The notes: generated by a model not told the origin, from the sequence alone. Shown: positions 9,682-20,444, numbered from the stretch's first letter. The stretch: DNA of 64,000 nucleotides from a bacterium (GCA_013360215.1 JABWCP010000005.1:124001-188000); one strand, 5' to 3'. A program made the numbers and translations.

Positions 9682-10929
9682 ATGGCACGTACTGTATTTT
9701 GCTCCTTTTGCGGTAAATCAGCCGAAGAAGTAGACAGCATTATTTCTGGACCTAACGGCGTCCACATCTGCAATGAATGCGTACGCAATGCGTTCGATAT
9801 GATTCGCTCGCATACGACACGCGACGTTTCATTGCCGCTGACCGACATCACGCCCGAAAAACTGAAACTGAAGTTAGATGAATACATTGTCGGCCAGGAT
9901 TTTGCAAAAAAATCGTTATCCGTTGCCGTCTATAATCACTACAAACGAATTAATGCGCTCCAAGACTCGGAAAACGATGTTGAACTCGAAAAAAACAACA
10001 TCCTCCTGATCGGACCGACGGGCACCGGTAAGACCTTGCTTGCACAAACGTTGGCCAAATTTCTGAACGTACCGTTTACCATAGCCGACGCCACAACGTT
10101 GACCGAAGCCGGCTATGTCGGCGAAGACGTTGAAAATGTACTCGTACGCCTCCTGCAGGCCGCCAACTATGACGTCCAGGCGGCGGAACGCGGCATCATC
10201 TATATTGACGAAATCGATAAAATTGCACGCAAAGGCGGCAACCCTTCGATCACACGTGACGTCTCCGGTGAAGGCGTTCAGCAAGCTCTTCTGAAAATCC
10301 TGGAAGGCACCGTGGCCAATGTTCCTCCCAAAGGCGGCCGCAAGCACCCTGAACAAAACCTCATCAGTATCAATACCAAAAATATTCTTTTCATCTGCGG
10401 CGGCGCTTTCGAAGGGATCGAAAAAATTATTCAAACGCGCGTCGGCAAAAAGAATATCGGCTTTACGGCTTCAGCGGACAAAAAAGCCGAACAATCCGTA
10501 AGCGAAGTACTCAAATTGGTAGAACCGGATGATCTACTGGGATTCGGCATCATTCCCGAACTGATAGGGCGTTTACCTGTAATCAGTCCGCTCGAAGAAC
10601 TGTCCGAATCGGCGCTCTATTCTATCCTTGTTCAACCCAAGAATGCGTTGGTCAAACAGTATAAAAAACTTTTTGCACTGGAACACGTCGAGCTGGAATT
10701 TGATGAAAAAGCATTGAAAGAAGTCGTCAAACTTGCGGTCAAACGAAAGACCGGCGCACGCGGGCTTCGTGCCATCATGGAAAAATTCATGACCGACATC
10801 ATGTATCAGATACCCAGTATTTCACACTTAAAAACAGTTACTATTCACAAAGATTGTGTCGTATCGGGCGGTAAACCGCGCATGACGTTTGCGGAACCGG
10901 AAGATTCGACCGTCAAAAAAACGGCGTAA
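9682..10929 (+). CDS. clpX: ATP-dependent Clp protease ATP-binding subunit
   Basis: CSFCGK...C..C zinc domain, GPTGTGKT Walker A, GYVGEDVE pore loop, RKH loop, IGF loop. Confidence 0.98.
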   Translation: MARTVFCSFCGKSAEEVDSIISGPNGVHICNECVRNAFDMIRSHTTRDVSLPLTDITPEKLKLKLDEYIVGQDFAKKSLSVAVYNHYKRINALQDSENDVELEKNNILLIGPTGTGKTLLAQTLAKFLNVPFTIADATTLTEAGYVGEDVENVLVRLLQAANYDVQAAERGIIYIDEIDKIARKGGNPSITRDVSGEGVQQALLKILEGTVANVPPKGGRKHPEQNLISINTKNILFICGGAFEGIEKIIQTRVGKKNIGFTASADKKAEQSVSEVLKLVEPDDLLGFGIIPELIGRLPVISPLEELSESALYSILVQPKNALVKQYKKLFALEHVELEFDEKALKEVVKLAVKRKTGARGLRAIMEKFMTDIMYQIPSISHLKTVTIHKDCVVSGGKPRMTFAEPEDSTVKKTA

Positions 10930-10935
10930 TGTTGT

Positions 10936-12144
10936 ATGCGTAGAAAGTTATCTCCTTCGGCTTCCATATCAACACAAAAATCTATGAAAAATCGCCCCAA
11001 AAACACCGAACCATCACCGACACAAATGGATGCTTCGGAAACGCTTTTGATCGAGGAACTGAAATCCAAAGTTTCAGAACTGGAAGCATCGTATATACGC
11101 GTCCAGGATGAAAATCAGCTTCTCCACAAACGTCTGCACCAAACGAGCCTGCTTTATAAAATAGCAGCCATGCTCAATTCGACGTACGATACGACCAAAC
11201 TTTATAATATCATCCAAAACATGCTGTCGGATATTTCGTTTGTCCGGCATTATGCCTTGATCGAGAGAACCGATTCGGGTTCGGTAAATGTACTCTTTCA
11301 CACCCACACTAAAGATCGTTCTTTGGCGCATGTGCTTGATGCGGAAAAAGAAGTAGCGGAAAAAGTGTTTTCAACGGAAAAAGAGTCTTACGTGATTTCC
11401 GTTAACGAACGGAAGGATTTATTAAAATATTTTCCGATGAAAACCGAAGGCAGCATCGTTGCACTGCCGTTGACGTTTCACAAAAAATCCAGTAAAGTGG
11501 TTTGTTATTTTGCCGAGCATAGTCTATCCGATGGAGAAAAAGAATTTTTGAATCTCATCACCAACGAAATCGGTGTGGCGGTTGAGCGCGCTTTACTGTA
11601 TCAGGAAACTTTTGAAATCTCCATCAAAGACGGTCTTACAGGGATTTACAATCGGCGCTATTTCAACGACCGCTCACAGCGTGAATTTAACCGTGCCAAG
11701 CGGTACAAGCATATCCTGTCATTTATCTTGATGGATATTGATCACTTTAAAAAATTTAACGATACCTACGGCCACAAAGTCGGTGACGAAGTACTGGTAT
11801 GGGTTGCAAAAAACTTGAGCAAAGGCTTGCGCGACCACGATGTATTAGCCCGCTATGGCGGTGAAGAATTTATTGTGATTTTACCGGAAACCGATGTCAA
11901 GGGCGCAGCGATCGTTGCCGAAAAACTGCGCAAAATCATCGATGAACAATCGGTTCAGATCAATCATCTTTTTGTGTCTCAGAATCCGCATTCGACCTTT
12001 CATACCGACCGTGTTACGATTTCACTCGGCGTAGCATCTTTTCCCAAAGACGGCGCAACGCTCGAAGAGGTACTGGAGCGCACGGATCAACAACTGTACG
12101 TCGCCAAATCGCAAGGACGTAATCAAGTGGGTTACGAAGAATAA
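10936..12144 (+). CDS. Diguanylate cyclase (coiled coil, GAF-like, GGDEF)
   Basis: DGLTGIYNRR, DIDHFKKFND.YGH..GD, RDHD I-site, RYGGEEF active site. Confidence 0.92.
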   Translation: MRRKLSPSASISTQKSMKNRPKNTEPSPTQMDASETLLIEELKSKVSELEASYIRVQDENQLLHKRLHQTSLLYKIAAMLNSTYDTTKLYNIIQNMLSDISFVRHYALIERTDSGSVNVLFHTHTKDRSLAHVLDAEKEVAEKVFSTEKESYVISVNERKDLLKYFPMKTEGSIVALPLTFHKKSSKVVCYFAEHSLSDGEKEFLNLITNEIGVAVERALLYQETFEISIKDGLTGIYNRRYFNDRSQREFNRAKRYKHILSFILMDIDHFKKFNDTYGHKVGDEVLVWVAKNLSKGLRDHDVLARYGGEEFIVILPETDVKGAAIVAEKLRKIIDEQSVQINHLFVSQNPHSTFHTDRVTISLGVASFPKDGATLEEVLERTDQQLYVAKSQGRNQVGYEE

Positions 12145-12206
12145 AACAAATACCAGATATTGAAAATAAAAAATCCCGGTCACTGTGTGATCGGAATTTT
12201 TATTTG

Positions 12207-12279
12207 TGAGCCAGGTAGGGCTCGAACCTACGACCTTCGCCTTAAAAGGGCGCTGCTCTACCGACTGAGCTACTAGCTC
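12207..12279 (-). tRNA. tRNA-Lys(TTT)
   Basis: Reverse complement GAGCTAGTAGCTCAGTCGGTAGAGCAGCGCCCTTTTAAGGCGAAGGTCGTAGGTTCGAGCCCTACCTGGCTCA. CCA not encoded. Confidence 0.93.
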
Positions 12280-12302
12280 GCCTGCTTCATTTGAAGCGTG
12301 CA

Positions 12303-12331
12303 ATTATATAGAAATTACCCTTAGTTGGCAA
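12303..12331 (-). promoter_or_regulatory. Putative sigma70 promoter for tRNA-Lys
   Basis: TTGCCA-17 nt-TATAAT on the minus strand. Confidence 0.65.
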
Positions 12332-12339
12332 GCAAAAAA

Positions 12340-12912
12340 TCACATTTTTAAAAAATTATTTATCATTTTTTTTCCGTGTTCGGTCATCACGGATTCGGGA
12401 TGAAACTGCACGCTTTCCGCTCTGGTACCCTGTATACGCAAACCCATGATTTCACCGGCATCCGTCTGTGCAGATATTTCTATCTTTTGATTCAGACTCA
12501 TCGGATCAACGATCAGGGAATGATACCGAGTAACCCGAAGTGGGTTAGGAATACCCGCAAACACACCTCTACCGTCATGTTTTATAGCCGATACTTTACC
12601 ATGCTTAGGTTCGTTTGCGCGCAGGATGCGGGCACCGTAGACTTGCGCCAGACACTGGTGACCAAGGCATACACCGAGCAGAGGTATGGTATCTGCGGCA
12701 TATCGAATCACATCATTGGAAATACCGGCATCGTGCGGAGAACCGGGCCCCGGCGATATGATGATGCGATCCGGTCGTAACGCTTCAAGTTGTGGAATCG
12801 TGATTTCATCATGGCGATATACTCGCACATCCGACATCGGCGCCGCTAATTCGCGTACGTATTGATAGAGGTTGTAAGTAAAGGAATCGTAGTTATCAAT
12901 AATGATAATCAT
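12340..12912 (-). CDS. trpG: Anthranilate/aminodeoxychorismate synthase component II (glutamine amidotransferase)
   Basis: IDNYDSFTYNL, SPGPG, GVCLGHQ, RYHSL, QFHPES. trpG and pabA cannot be distinguished here. Confidence 0.9.
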   Translation of the reverse strand: MIIIIDNYDSFTYNLYQYVRELAAPMSDVRVYRHDEITIPQLEALRPDRIIISPGPGSPHDAGISNDVIRYAADTIPLLGVCLGHQCLAQVYGARILRANEPKHGKVSAIKHDGRGVFAGIPNPLRVTRYHSLIVDPMSLNQKIEISAQTDAGEIMGLRIQGTRAESVQFHPESVMTEHGKKMINNFLKM

Positions 12913-13013
12913 AGGCCAAAATTCATAAGGGCTGCTTTAGCGGATTCCGGGAAGTTTTTTCGCTTCGACCAAACCCTTAAAGCAGCCCTTATATGTAATA
13001 ATAACGAAACGTA

Positions 13014-14270
13014 TTATTTAATTTTAAACGCGGCTTTCACTTTTCCTACGTAGTCCAGTTTTTCCCACGTAAAAAGTTCGACCTTCACCGTTTTTTGGAT
13101 GCCGTCACCGGATGTAAATGTTTTCGTAACCCATTCGTTCTTACGACCCATGTGTCCGTACGCGGCCGACTCCGAATACATCGGTGTGCGCAGTTTGAGG
13201 CGTTTTTCGATAAAATAAGGGCGCATATCAAAAATGGATTCGACTTTTTTAGCAATATCGGCATCGCTCATACCGACTTTGCCTGTGCCGAAGGTATTGA
13301 CAAAAATACCCATCGGTTTGGCTACACCGATAGCATATGAAACTTGCACCAGTACTTCGTCAGCCACACCGGCGGCAACAAGGTTTTTAGCGATATGCCG
13401 CGTCGCATACGCCGCCGAGCGATCCACTTTGGAAGGATCTTTGCCGCTGAATGCACCGCCACCGTGTGCCCCACGTCCGCCATAGGTGTCCACGATGATT
13501 TTACGACCTGTCAATCCCGTATCTCCGTGCGGACCGCCGATCACAAATTTGCCCGTCGGATTGATGAAATATTTGATCTGGTTATTAAAAAGATGTTTGT
13601 ACTTGGGATAACGCTTCATAACACGGGGGATCAGAATATTGATCATATCTTTGCGGATTTTATCCTGCATCGCGCTGTCCGATCCGAAATCATCGTGCTG
13701 CGTGGAAATAACAATCGTATCAATGCGCACGGGCTTACGATTTTCATCGTATTCCAGCGTCACCTGAGATTTGGCATCCGGACGAAGATATTTGATTTCC
13801 TTGTTCTCCCGGCGAAGCACAGCCAGCTCTTGTAATAACTTATGGGCGAGATCCAGCGTAAGCGGCATGTAGTCCGCTGTTTCATTGACCGCATAACCGA
13901 ACATCATACCTTGATCGCCGGCGCCTTGTTCTTCTTTTTTCTTTTTGTCAACGCCGCGATTGATATCCTGCGACTGTTCGTGAATCGCGGAAAGAATACC
14001 ACAGGAGTGCGCTTCAAACATATATTCACTCTTGGTGTAACCGATCTTACGAATAACGCCGCGCGTAATTTCCTGCACGTCAAGATACGTACTGGATTTG
14101 ACTTCGCCGGCCAATACGACCTGACCGGTCGTAACCAAGGTTTCGCAAGCAACTTTGGAATACGGATCGAATGCGATGAAGTGATCTACGAGCGCATCGG
14201 AAATCTGATCCGCTATTTTGTCGGGATGTCCTTCGGATACCGATTCCGATGTAAACAGATAATGTGACAT
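13014..14270 (-). CDS. metK: S-adenosylmethionine synthetase
   Basis: [35 protein letters not shown]. Confidence 0.98.
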   Translation of the reverse strand: MSHYLFTSESVSEGHPDKIADQISDALVDHFIAFDPYSKVACETLVTTGQVVLAGEVKSSTYLDVQEITRGVIRKIGYTKSEYMFEAHSCGILSAIHEQSQDINRGVDKKKKEEQGAGDQGMMFGYAVNETADYMPLTLDLAHKLLQELAVLRRENKEIKYLRPDAKSQVTLEYDENRKPVRIDTIVISTQHDDFGSDSAMQDKIRKDMINILIPRVMKRYPKYKHLFNNQIKYFINPTGKFVIGGPHGDTGLTGRKIIVDTYGGRGAHGGGAFSGKDPSKVDRSAAYATRHIAKNLVAAGVADEVLVQVSYAIGVAKPMGIFVNTFGTGKVGMSDADIAKKVESIFDMRPYFIEKRLKLRTPMYSESAAYGHMGRKNEWVTKTFTSGDGIQKTVKVELFTWEKLDYVGKVKAAFKIK

Positions 14271-14310
14271 GAACTACTCCTGTATTAAATAGGTTATTAA
14301 AATGAACAAT

Positions 14311-14343
14311 AAAAAAACCTCATCCGAAGTCGGGAGAGGTTTT
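14311..14343 (-). terminator. Riboswitch expression-platform terminator upstream of metK
   Basis: Minus strand AAAACCTCTCCCGACTTCGGATGAGGTTTTTTT: hairpin plus U-tract between the aptamer and the metK start. Confidence 0.75.
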
Positions 14344-14365
14344 GAAAGAAATCTGTGTTGCTTCC

Positions 14366-14484
14366 ATCTCATTGCCCCGACCGCTTACATTGCGTTCGGC
14401 AGGTATTAGCACCTTGACTACGCGCGGGACGTACGGTTGCTGTGGCTTCATCGTGCCTGATCACTCGGCCACTCTTCATAAGAA
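14366..14484 (-). promoter_or_regulatory. SAM-I (S-box) riboswitch aptamer
   Basis: Minus strand CTTATGAAGAG-TGGCCGAGTG...CACGATGAAGCCA-CAGCAACC...AAGGTGCTAATACCTGC...ATGAG matches the SAM-I core; located directly upstream of metK. Confidence 0.9.
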
Positions 14485-14558
14485 GGATATATGTGAAAGA
14501 ACGAATTTTTTAAAAGCGGGTCAATATATCGAAGCACGACCGCGCTGTCAAGCAGAAT

Positions 14559-15956
14559 TTAGGACGGCTTGGTGCCCCAAACTTCACCCGTAATATTTTC
14601 GACCGGTTCGTCAGGCTCTGCCGCATGTTTAAGTTTTTTCAAAAAGAAAATAATCATCACGGCTGAGAAGAAACAACATACGGTCAAGACGGTATAAAAC
14701 TGTGTGTGGGACCAGGTACTGTAAAACGAACCGAGAAATCCGGCAAAATAATTACCTATCGCCGTCGCGGCAAACCAACCGCCCATAAGTAACCCGCGCC
14801 AGCGGTACGGGGCCATCTTGCTGGCATACGAAAGCCCCATCGGGCTGAGGCATAATTCAGCTAACGTTTGTACATAATACGATGAAATAAGCCACAGCGG
14901 AGACATGGATTTATTATCCGCATCACCGCCACCCATCGAAGCAAAAATCATGATGGCAAAACCCAACCCGCAGAGCATCATGCCGATTCCGATTTTGGCC
15001 GGCGTTGCCGGCTCCAGCCCACGTTTATTGAGCCATCCCCAAAACATGACAACCAGCGGCGTCATCATGAGTATGAACATCGGATTGAATACCTGATAGA
15101 ATTCGGCTTCCGATGCGTTCGCCGGATCGGATATACCCAAAATCACATAAAGCACGCTGCGCAAGCCTTCAGGCAAATCCATCGGCCGTGTGGAGCGTTC
15201 GGCAAATAAAGTCAGTGCAAATCCGTTTTGGTGAAAAGACATCCAGAAAAAAACGACGATCAGATATACGATGATCAAAGCGATCACACGATCTTTTTCT
15301 TTTTTGGGTGAAACACGCTCCTCGGTCGCCATCGTCGTACTGCCGTTTGCGGCTACAGCGGCAGCAGAAGCATTATAGGAAGCCTGGCCAAGACGAAATG
15401 TGATAAAAGAAAAAAGCATGCCGGCGGCGGCGGCACCAAATCCCGCATTGTAACCATATTCCGGGCCGATCGAATTTCTAAGAAAAGTAGCCGCAATCGG
15501 AGCTAAAAAAGCACCGACATTGATACCCATATAAAAAATGTTATAACCGGCATCTTTGAGAGGACTGTTTTTTTCATACAAATTGCCGACGAGAACGGAG
15601 ATATTCGCTTTGAAAAGACCGTTGCTCATCGCCACGACAAATAAACCGAGATAAAAAAGCGACTCGGACGGCTTAGGGATGGCCAATATAGCGTAACCAA
15701 TACCGGTCGCAATAGCGCCCACCATAATGGTTTTAGGAAAACCCCAAAACTTATCGGCAAGGTATCCGCCGAGTACCGGCGAAAAATAAGTCAGCGCAAG
15801 GAATATTCCGTAAATCTGCCCCGTTTTGGTGTCTGGCCAGTCGAAGTAATTTCCCATATACAATGTGAAAATCGCAAGCATCGTGTAGATACCAAAACGT
15901 TCCCACATTTCCGAGAAGAACAAGACTTTGAGGCCGCGCGGATGTCCTTTGAACAT
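14559..15956 (-). CDS. POT/PTR family proton-dependent peptide transporter (MFS)
   Basis: GHPRGL, EMWERF (ExxERF), GGYLADK, FYMGINVGA, AELCLSP. Confidence 0.93.
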   Translation of the reverse strand: MFKGHPRGLKVLFFSEMWERFGIYTMLAIFTLYMGNYFDWPDTKTGQIYGIFLALTYFSPVLGGYLADKFWGFPKTIMVGAIATGIGYAILAIPKPSESLFYLGLFVVAMSNGLFKANISVLVGNLYEKNSPLKDAGYNIFYMGINVGAFLAPIAATFLRNSIGPEYGYNAGFGAAAAGMLFSFITFRLGQASYNASAAAVAANGSTTMATEERVSPKKEKDRVIALIIVYLIVVFFWMSFHQNGFALTLFAERSTRPMDLPEGLRSVLYVILGISDPANASEAEFYQVFNPMFILMMTPLVVMFWGWLNKRGLEPATPAKIGIGMMLCGLGFAIMIFASMGGGDADNKSMSPLWLISSYYVQTLAELCLSPMGLSYASKMAPYRWRGLLMGGWFAATAIGNYFAGFLGSFYSTWSHTQFYTVLTVCCFFSAVMIIFFLKKLKHAAEPDEPVENITGEVWGTKPS

Positions 15957-16044
15957 ATCTGTTCCTTTGAGGAATAATTAGAAATAAAATCTGAAACGTG
16001 AATTGAGTATGATCAGCGAACCATAAAAAATTTCGATGCTTTAC

Positions 16045-18009
16045 TTACGCATTCACTACTTGCCATCCGCGCGGATCCGTCAATTCGCCGGTCACCGCCG
16101 CCACGCCTGCAACGAACGGTGAAACGAGAAATACATCCCCATTTCCGCCCATACGACCGCTGAAATTACGGTTGCTCGTAGATGCGGTGATCGTATCTTT
16201 AGTAGAAATTCCCGGCCCATTGCCGATACAGGATCCGCATCCGGGTTCCGTTACTACGGCGCCAAAGTCCTGAAACATCTTGATCATACCAAGCTGTTTG
16301 GCATCATCATAGACTTTTTGACTGCTGGGCGTTACGACCATATGAATACGATCAAGCTTTTTGTGACCACGAATGGCCATAGCTACTTGTTTGAGATCTT
16401 CCAAAGATGCGCCGGTACAAGAAACAATAACCACATTGTCAACACGCGTTTTGGCAACGGCAGTAATCGGTTTGCGATTACGACTATCGCCGGGTGTGGC
16501 CACCGTAACCGGTACATCCGCGAGATTGACTTTATACACCGATTCGTACGTCGCCTTATCATCAGGATAAACAAGCATAGATCGCACATCCGATTCCGTC
16601 ATGCCACGTTTTTCGATCAGGAAACGAATAACCGGTGTACAAGGCTCGACAACACCGGTGGTTGCACTTCCTTCGACCGTCATATTCGTCAAAACGGATA
16701 ATTCATCCACGGTAAAACGTTCCAGTGCGGGCCCGCCGAATTGCATGATCACGGTATCACCCGGTTCTTTTTTCCACTGCATCTCGCGGAAATACGGATC
16801 ACCGATGATGTGAAGGATAATATCTTTAGGCGTTACCAGGTTGAGTTTATCTTCACCTTCGATCCAGATGCGTACAGTCTTAGGTACGGTTACCGGGATC
16901 ATGCCGGTGCCCAATCCCAACGCGATGGCTGTCGAACCGAGTCCGTATGCAAAACAATTCATCACGCCCGCCGTCGGTGTGTGCGAATCCGTAAGCGCTA
17001 TGACATCGCCGGGTTTGGCATAACTTTCCACAACCAAACGGTGACAGACACCGGCGGGAAGATTGCCACCCGGACCGTGCATCGGAAGATTGTGTTCTTT
17101 GCAAAATCCGATCAATTCTTGCGCGAGCGCCTGCGCCGAAGCCAAACGCTTGGATTTTACATCGCCGGGCACATCGTCATGCCCGATCAAAACAAAGTGA
17201 TCGTTAAATCCGCGAATAGTCACGCCTTTGTCCGTCGGATTGTGACCAAAAGCTTTTTCGTACAAACTGCGCACATGACCGCCGGTGTATTCATGAATGC
17301 CAAGAAAATCCGCTTTGACGAAAAGTTGTTCACCGGGTTCCGAATAACTCAAACCCTGTCCTCCGGGGGCATCCGTGGCTACGGCTTTGCGTGCTAATAT
17401 TTTTTCAGCGATCGTCATCGGTTTTACGGAACGTCCGGCGGCCTTATAGGGCAATTCCGCTTTTCCGGCGATCACTTTTTTTCCAAACTCCAAAAGTCCG
17501 CCGCCAAAAAATACAGATTTATACAGCGGTGATAACTGCTTTTCCATAAGTACATCAAGATCTACCGTTTCACCGGCAAGCAGTTTATCAATTACCGTCA
17601 TATCATTGGTAAAATACAGACGATCAAACGTCATGTTTTCACGGAAAATACGTTCGAGGCTTTTCGCAATCACCAGTTCGATACCGGCACCGCGGTGCGC
17701 GACCACGGCCACTTCGCGTGAGGAACCGCTGCCATAACTTTCGCCGCCGACTACGACGGAAAAATTTCCTTTTTGAACGTCTCCCTCATGGATGACATCG
17801 CCTTTGCCGACCAAAAAATGAGGGCCGAGTATCGGCTCCGTATAACCCAACGTACATGCCGCACCATTGATGATCGTATCGGTACTCACACCAAAAACCA
17901 ACGGCTGACCCGTGTATGTAAACGAACGCCCCTCAAGCTGATCGCGTACCGATCGGGCGTCTTCGGTATAATAAAAAATGCGTTTTTTTCCGAGAGAAAA
18001 CGGTTTCAT
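16045..18009 (-). CDS. Aconitase-family [4Fe-4S] dehydratase; LeuD/HacB-like swivel domain fused N-terminal to a LeuC/HacA-like large subunit
   Basis: N-terminal STDTII and GSGSSRE. C-terminal part has MTIAEKIL, DH, DSHT, SCT, PGCGSC, STSNRNF.GRMG, LVSP. Confidence 0.85.
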   Translation of the reverse strand: MKPFSLGKKRIFYYTEDARSVRDQLEGRSFTYTGQPLVFGVSTDTIINGAACTLGYTEPILGPHFLVGKGDVIHEGDVQKGNFSVVVGGESYGSGSSREVAVVAHRGAGIELVIAKSLERIFRENMTFDRLYFTNDMTVIDKLLAGETVDLDVLMEKQLSPLYKSVFFGGGLLEFGKKVIAGKAELPYKAAGRSVKPMTIAEKILARKAVATDAPGGQGLSYSEPGEQLFVKADFLGIHEYTGGHVRSLYEKAFGHNPTDKGVTIRGFNDHFVLIGHDDVPGDVKSKRLASAQALAQELIGFCKEHNLPMHGPGGNLPAGVCHRLVVESYAKPGDVIALTDSHTPTAGVMNCFAYGLGSTAIALGLGTGMIPVTVPKTVRIWIEGEDKLNLVTPKDIILHIIGDPYFREMQWKKEPGDTVIMQFGGPALERFTVDELSVLTNMTVEGSATTGVVEPCTPVIRFLIEKRGMTESDVRSMLVYPDDKATYESVYKVNLADVPVTVATPGDSRNRKPITAVAKTRVDNVVIVSCTGASLEDLKQVAMAIRGHKKLDRIHMVVTPSSQKVYDDAKQLGMIKMFQDFGAVVTEPGCGSCIGNGPGISTKDTITASTSNRNFSGRMGGNGDVFLVSPFVAGVAAVTGELTDPRGWQVVNA

Positions 18010-18051
18010 CCTTCTTCCTGTGTATAAATCTTAATATGAATTAATTCTAAT

Positions 18052-19026
18052 TTATTTGCGGCGAATTGCCCTTACTTTTTTATCACGTTCTACGCCGGTA
18101 CGAATTTCATCCCAATTGAGTTTGATTTTTTTAGGGCTTTTCCAAACCGTGGGAAGGCCTGCAGCGTCGAATTTGGTGAACACATCCGGATTGTTTTGAT
18201 ATATCAAACCCGAAGCTGATTTGAGGCCTTCGTTGGTGATATCCGCCGGAGCTATGGTTTGATACAATGTGTACTGATAATACAACGACATGATCAGGCG
18301 AATTTCGTCCTGAGGATTCCACGATTGGGTCGTGTACATTCCGCTGTTAATTTCGTTGATGATGATGTTGTTGCGTTCCGTGATCGTGCGCTTCTGACGT
18401 TGCTGTTCTTTGACGCGCATCAGCGAATCCACATTATTCAGCGTAGAATCTTTTTCAACCTTAAGTTCTTTTATGATCGTCTGCGCCGGTGGCGTATAGG
18501 TTGCAATACGATACACGATTAGCCCGATCACCACACTACCGATGATCAGCCCGCCGATAAGTATTTGTTTTTCTCGCACGGTCAAACCGGAACGGCTGCC
18601 CCAATAACGGGACTCTTCAAAACCCCAGGCTTCCGGCGCGTGCCGCCAGGAGTTAAACACTTTTCGTTTTTTGAACCATGTCCGGTAGTCTTCCGGCATG
18701 TGATACACAAAATCTTTTTTAGCGTCGAGGATTTGCGCTTCACGTTCGGCTTTGGCCGTTTCTATTTCTTCCGGGGTCGCGCCAGGATTTTTGACGACTT
18801 CTTTGTACTGAAGCTCGATTTCTTCCTGTAGATTGGTATATTGTTTGACGGCGGCTTTATATTGCCTGTTGTCCACTCCGATGATTTTCTCGACACCAAA
18901 TAAATCGAGACTCACCTTTTTGGCGCGCCACCATTCTTTGAATCGTGAAAAAAGAGGCGTTTCGACCAAGTCGGCATACTCGCCGGCCAAATCCTCTTTG
19001 GGGGTTGGTTTGTTATCCTGCTCCAT
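18052..19026 (-). CDS. Hypothetical single-pass membrane protein
   Basis: Long ORF, AGGAG RBS before ATG 19026, one hydrophobic segment ILIGGLIIGSVVIGLIVY. Confidence 0.7.
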   Translation of the reverse strand: MEQDNKPTPKEDLAGEYADLVETPLFSRFKEWWRAKKVSLDLFGVEKIIGVDNRQYKAAVKQYTNLQEEIELQYKEVVKNPGATPEEIETAKAEREAQILDAKKDFVYHMPEDYRTWFKKRKVFNSWRHAPEAWGFEESRYWGSRSGLTVREKQILIGGLIIGSVVIGLIVYRIATYTPPAQTIIKELKVEKDSTLNNVDSLMRVKEQQRQKRTITERNNIIINEINSGMYTTQSWNPQDEIRLIMSLYYQYTLYQTIAPADITNEGLKSASGLIYQNNPDVFTKFDAAGLPTVWKSPKKIKLNWDEIRTGVERDKKVRAIRRK

Positions 19027-19289
19027 AAAACATCTCCTTGAAAACCGCTTGGGACGTGCTGGCGAAATATAGTAACTGACAGTGGTAATGAAAAGAAAAA
19101 TCGGGAATTTTGAAATTCTCTGCCGGATATTTTGGAACATCCCTGATGTCTAATTCGACTGACCGATGGACGCATGTTTTTTCAAAAAACTTTTTCACAC
19201 CGAAGATTTTTTTAAAAATACATATATGATTATTCCAAAAACCGTTTTACATTAAATGGATAGGTTCTTCGGGAATATATATACCAGCC

Positions 19290-20240
19290 ATGTTTTCACG
19301 GGATAATAAAACGGTCATCGTATTTGTCGGCTTGCAACCCTTGCCGGAGTCGGTATGGGTGCACGTACTCAGTTCGCTCGCTGAGATCACAGCCGTGCAT
19401 GATCGCCGGTGGTTATCGGAATTTCGGGCCATCGAAATTTATTCAGTATGTACCGATAAAGCCCGCATGCATGCCTATATCGCGAAGACCTTACCGGACT
19501 TCCTTCAAAGTCATGCCATAGACTATTTCATTTTGGATTTAGCGACCAGGTCCAAAAAAATATTGGTGACCGACGTTGATTCGACATTGATACAAAACGA
19601 ATGCATTGACGAATTGGCACGCATGGCCGGCGTAGAAAAAGCCGTGTCGGAGATGACCGCATCGGCGATGCATGGCGCCATCCCGTTTGATGAAGCGCTG
19701 CGTAAACGTGTCGCATTACTTCGCGGATTGCTTGCCTCCGCATTGGAAGAAGTTTATGCGAATGCGATTCGGCTCACGCCCGGCGCACGCACGCTCAGTG
19801 CGACACTGCGCGAGCAAGGTTTACACCTCGTGATGGTGTCCGGCGGATTTACATATTTCACGGCACGCCTTTCGGAGGAACTCGGATTTCATCATCATCA
19901 CGCCAATACCTTAGAGATACGTGACGGCGTTTTGACCGGTGAAGTCAGCGGTCCGATTATTGACAAAGAAACAAAACGGCGTATTCTCATCCAACACTGT
20001 GCGACACTTCGGTTTGATACGAGCCTGGCTATAGCTTTGGGTGATGGCGCCAACGACTTACCGATGCTGATCACAGCCGGTGACGGGATAGCTTATCATG
20101 CGAAACCCATCGTCGAACAAACCGTGATGAATCGTATTCGTTACAACGATCTTACGGCCGTATTGTTTGCTTTGGGACTTGCGGATTACCAATTTTCAGC
20201 CATTGAGGAAGAAATTTCCGCCGAACTTAAAAAAACTTGA
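19290..20240 (+). CDS. serB: Phosphoserine phosphatase (HAD)
   Basis: DVDSTLIQNECIDELA, VSGGF, GDGANDL, AYHAKP. Confidence 0.92.
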   Translation: MFSRDNKTVIVFVGLQPLPESVWVHVLSSLAEITAVHDRRWLSEFRAIEIYSVCTDKARMHAYIAKTLPDFLQSHAIDYFILDLATRSKKILVTDVDSTLIQNECIDELARMAGVEKAVSEMTASAMHGAIPFDEALRKRVALLRGLLASALEEVYANAIRLTPGARTLSATLREQGLHLVMVSGGFTYFTARLSEELGFHHHHANTLEIRDGVLTGEVSGPIIDKETKRRILIQHCATLRFDTSLAIALGDGANDLPMLITAGDGIAYHAKPIVEQTVMNRIRYNDLTAVLFALGLADYQFSAIEEEISAELKKT

Positions 20241-20265
20241 CAATATTAGGCGATTCATATACTTT
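20237..20265 (+). promoter_or_regulatory. Putative sigma70 promoter for rho
   Basis: TTGACA-17 nt-TACTTT overlapping the serB stop codon. Confidence 0.5.
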
Positions 20266-20444
20266 GGGGTACGCTACAGAGACTTCGATCTGCAAAGGTT
20301 CACATCCTTAAATTCCAACACTTAATTTTCTGTTCGGCGCTAAAGCGGACAAATTTTCGTTGAATATCGTTGCCTCTAAAAACTGAATCCTTGTTTTTGT
20401 TAATTTTCTCTTTATAACCGTTTTTCACTTAATTTACCTCCAAC

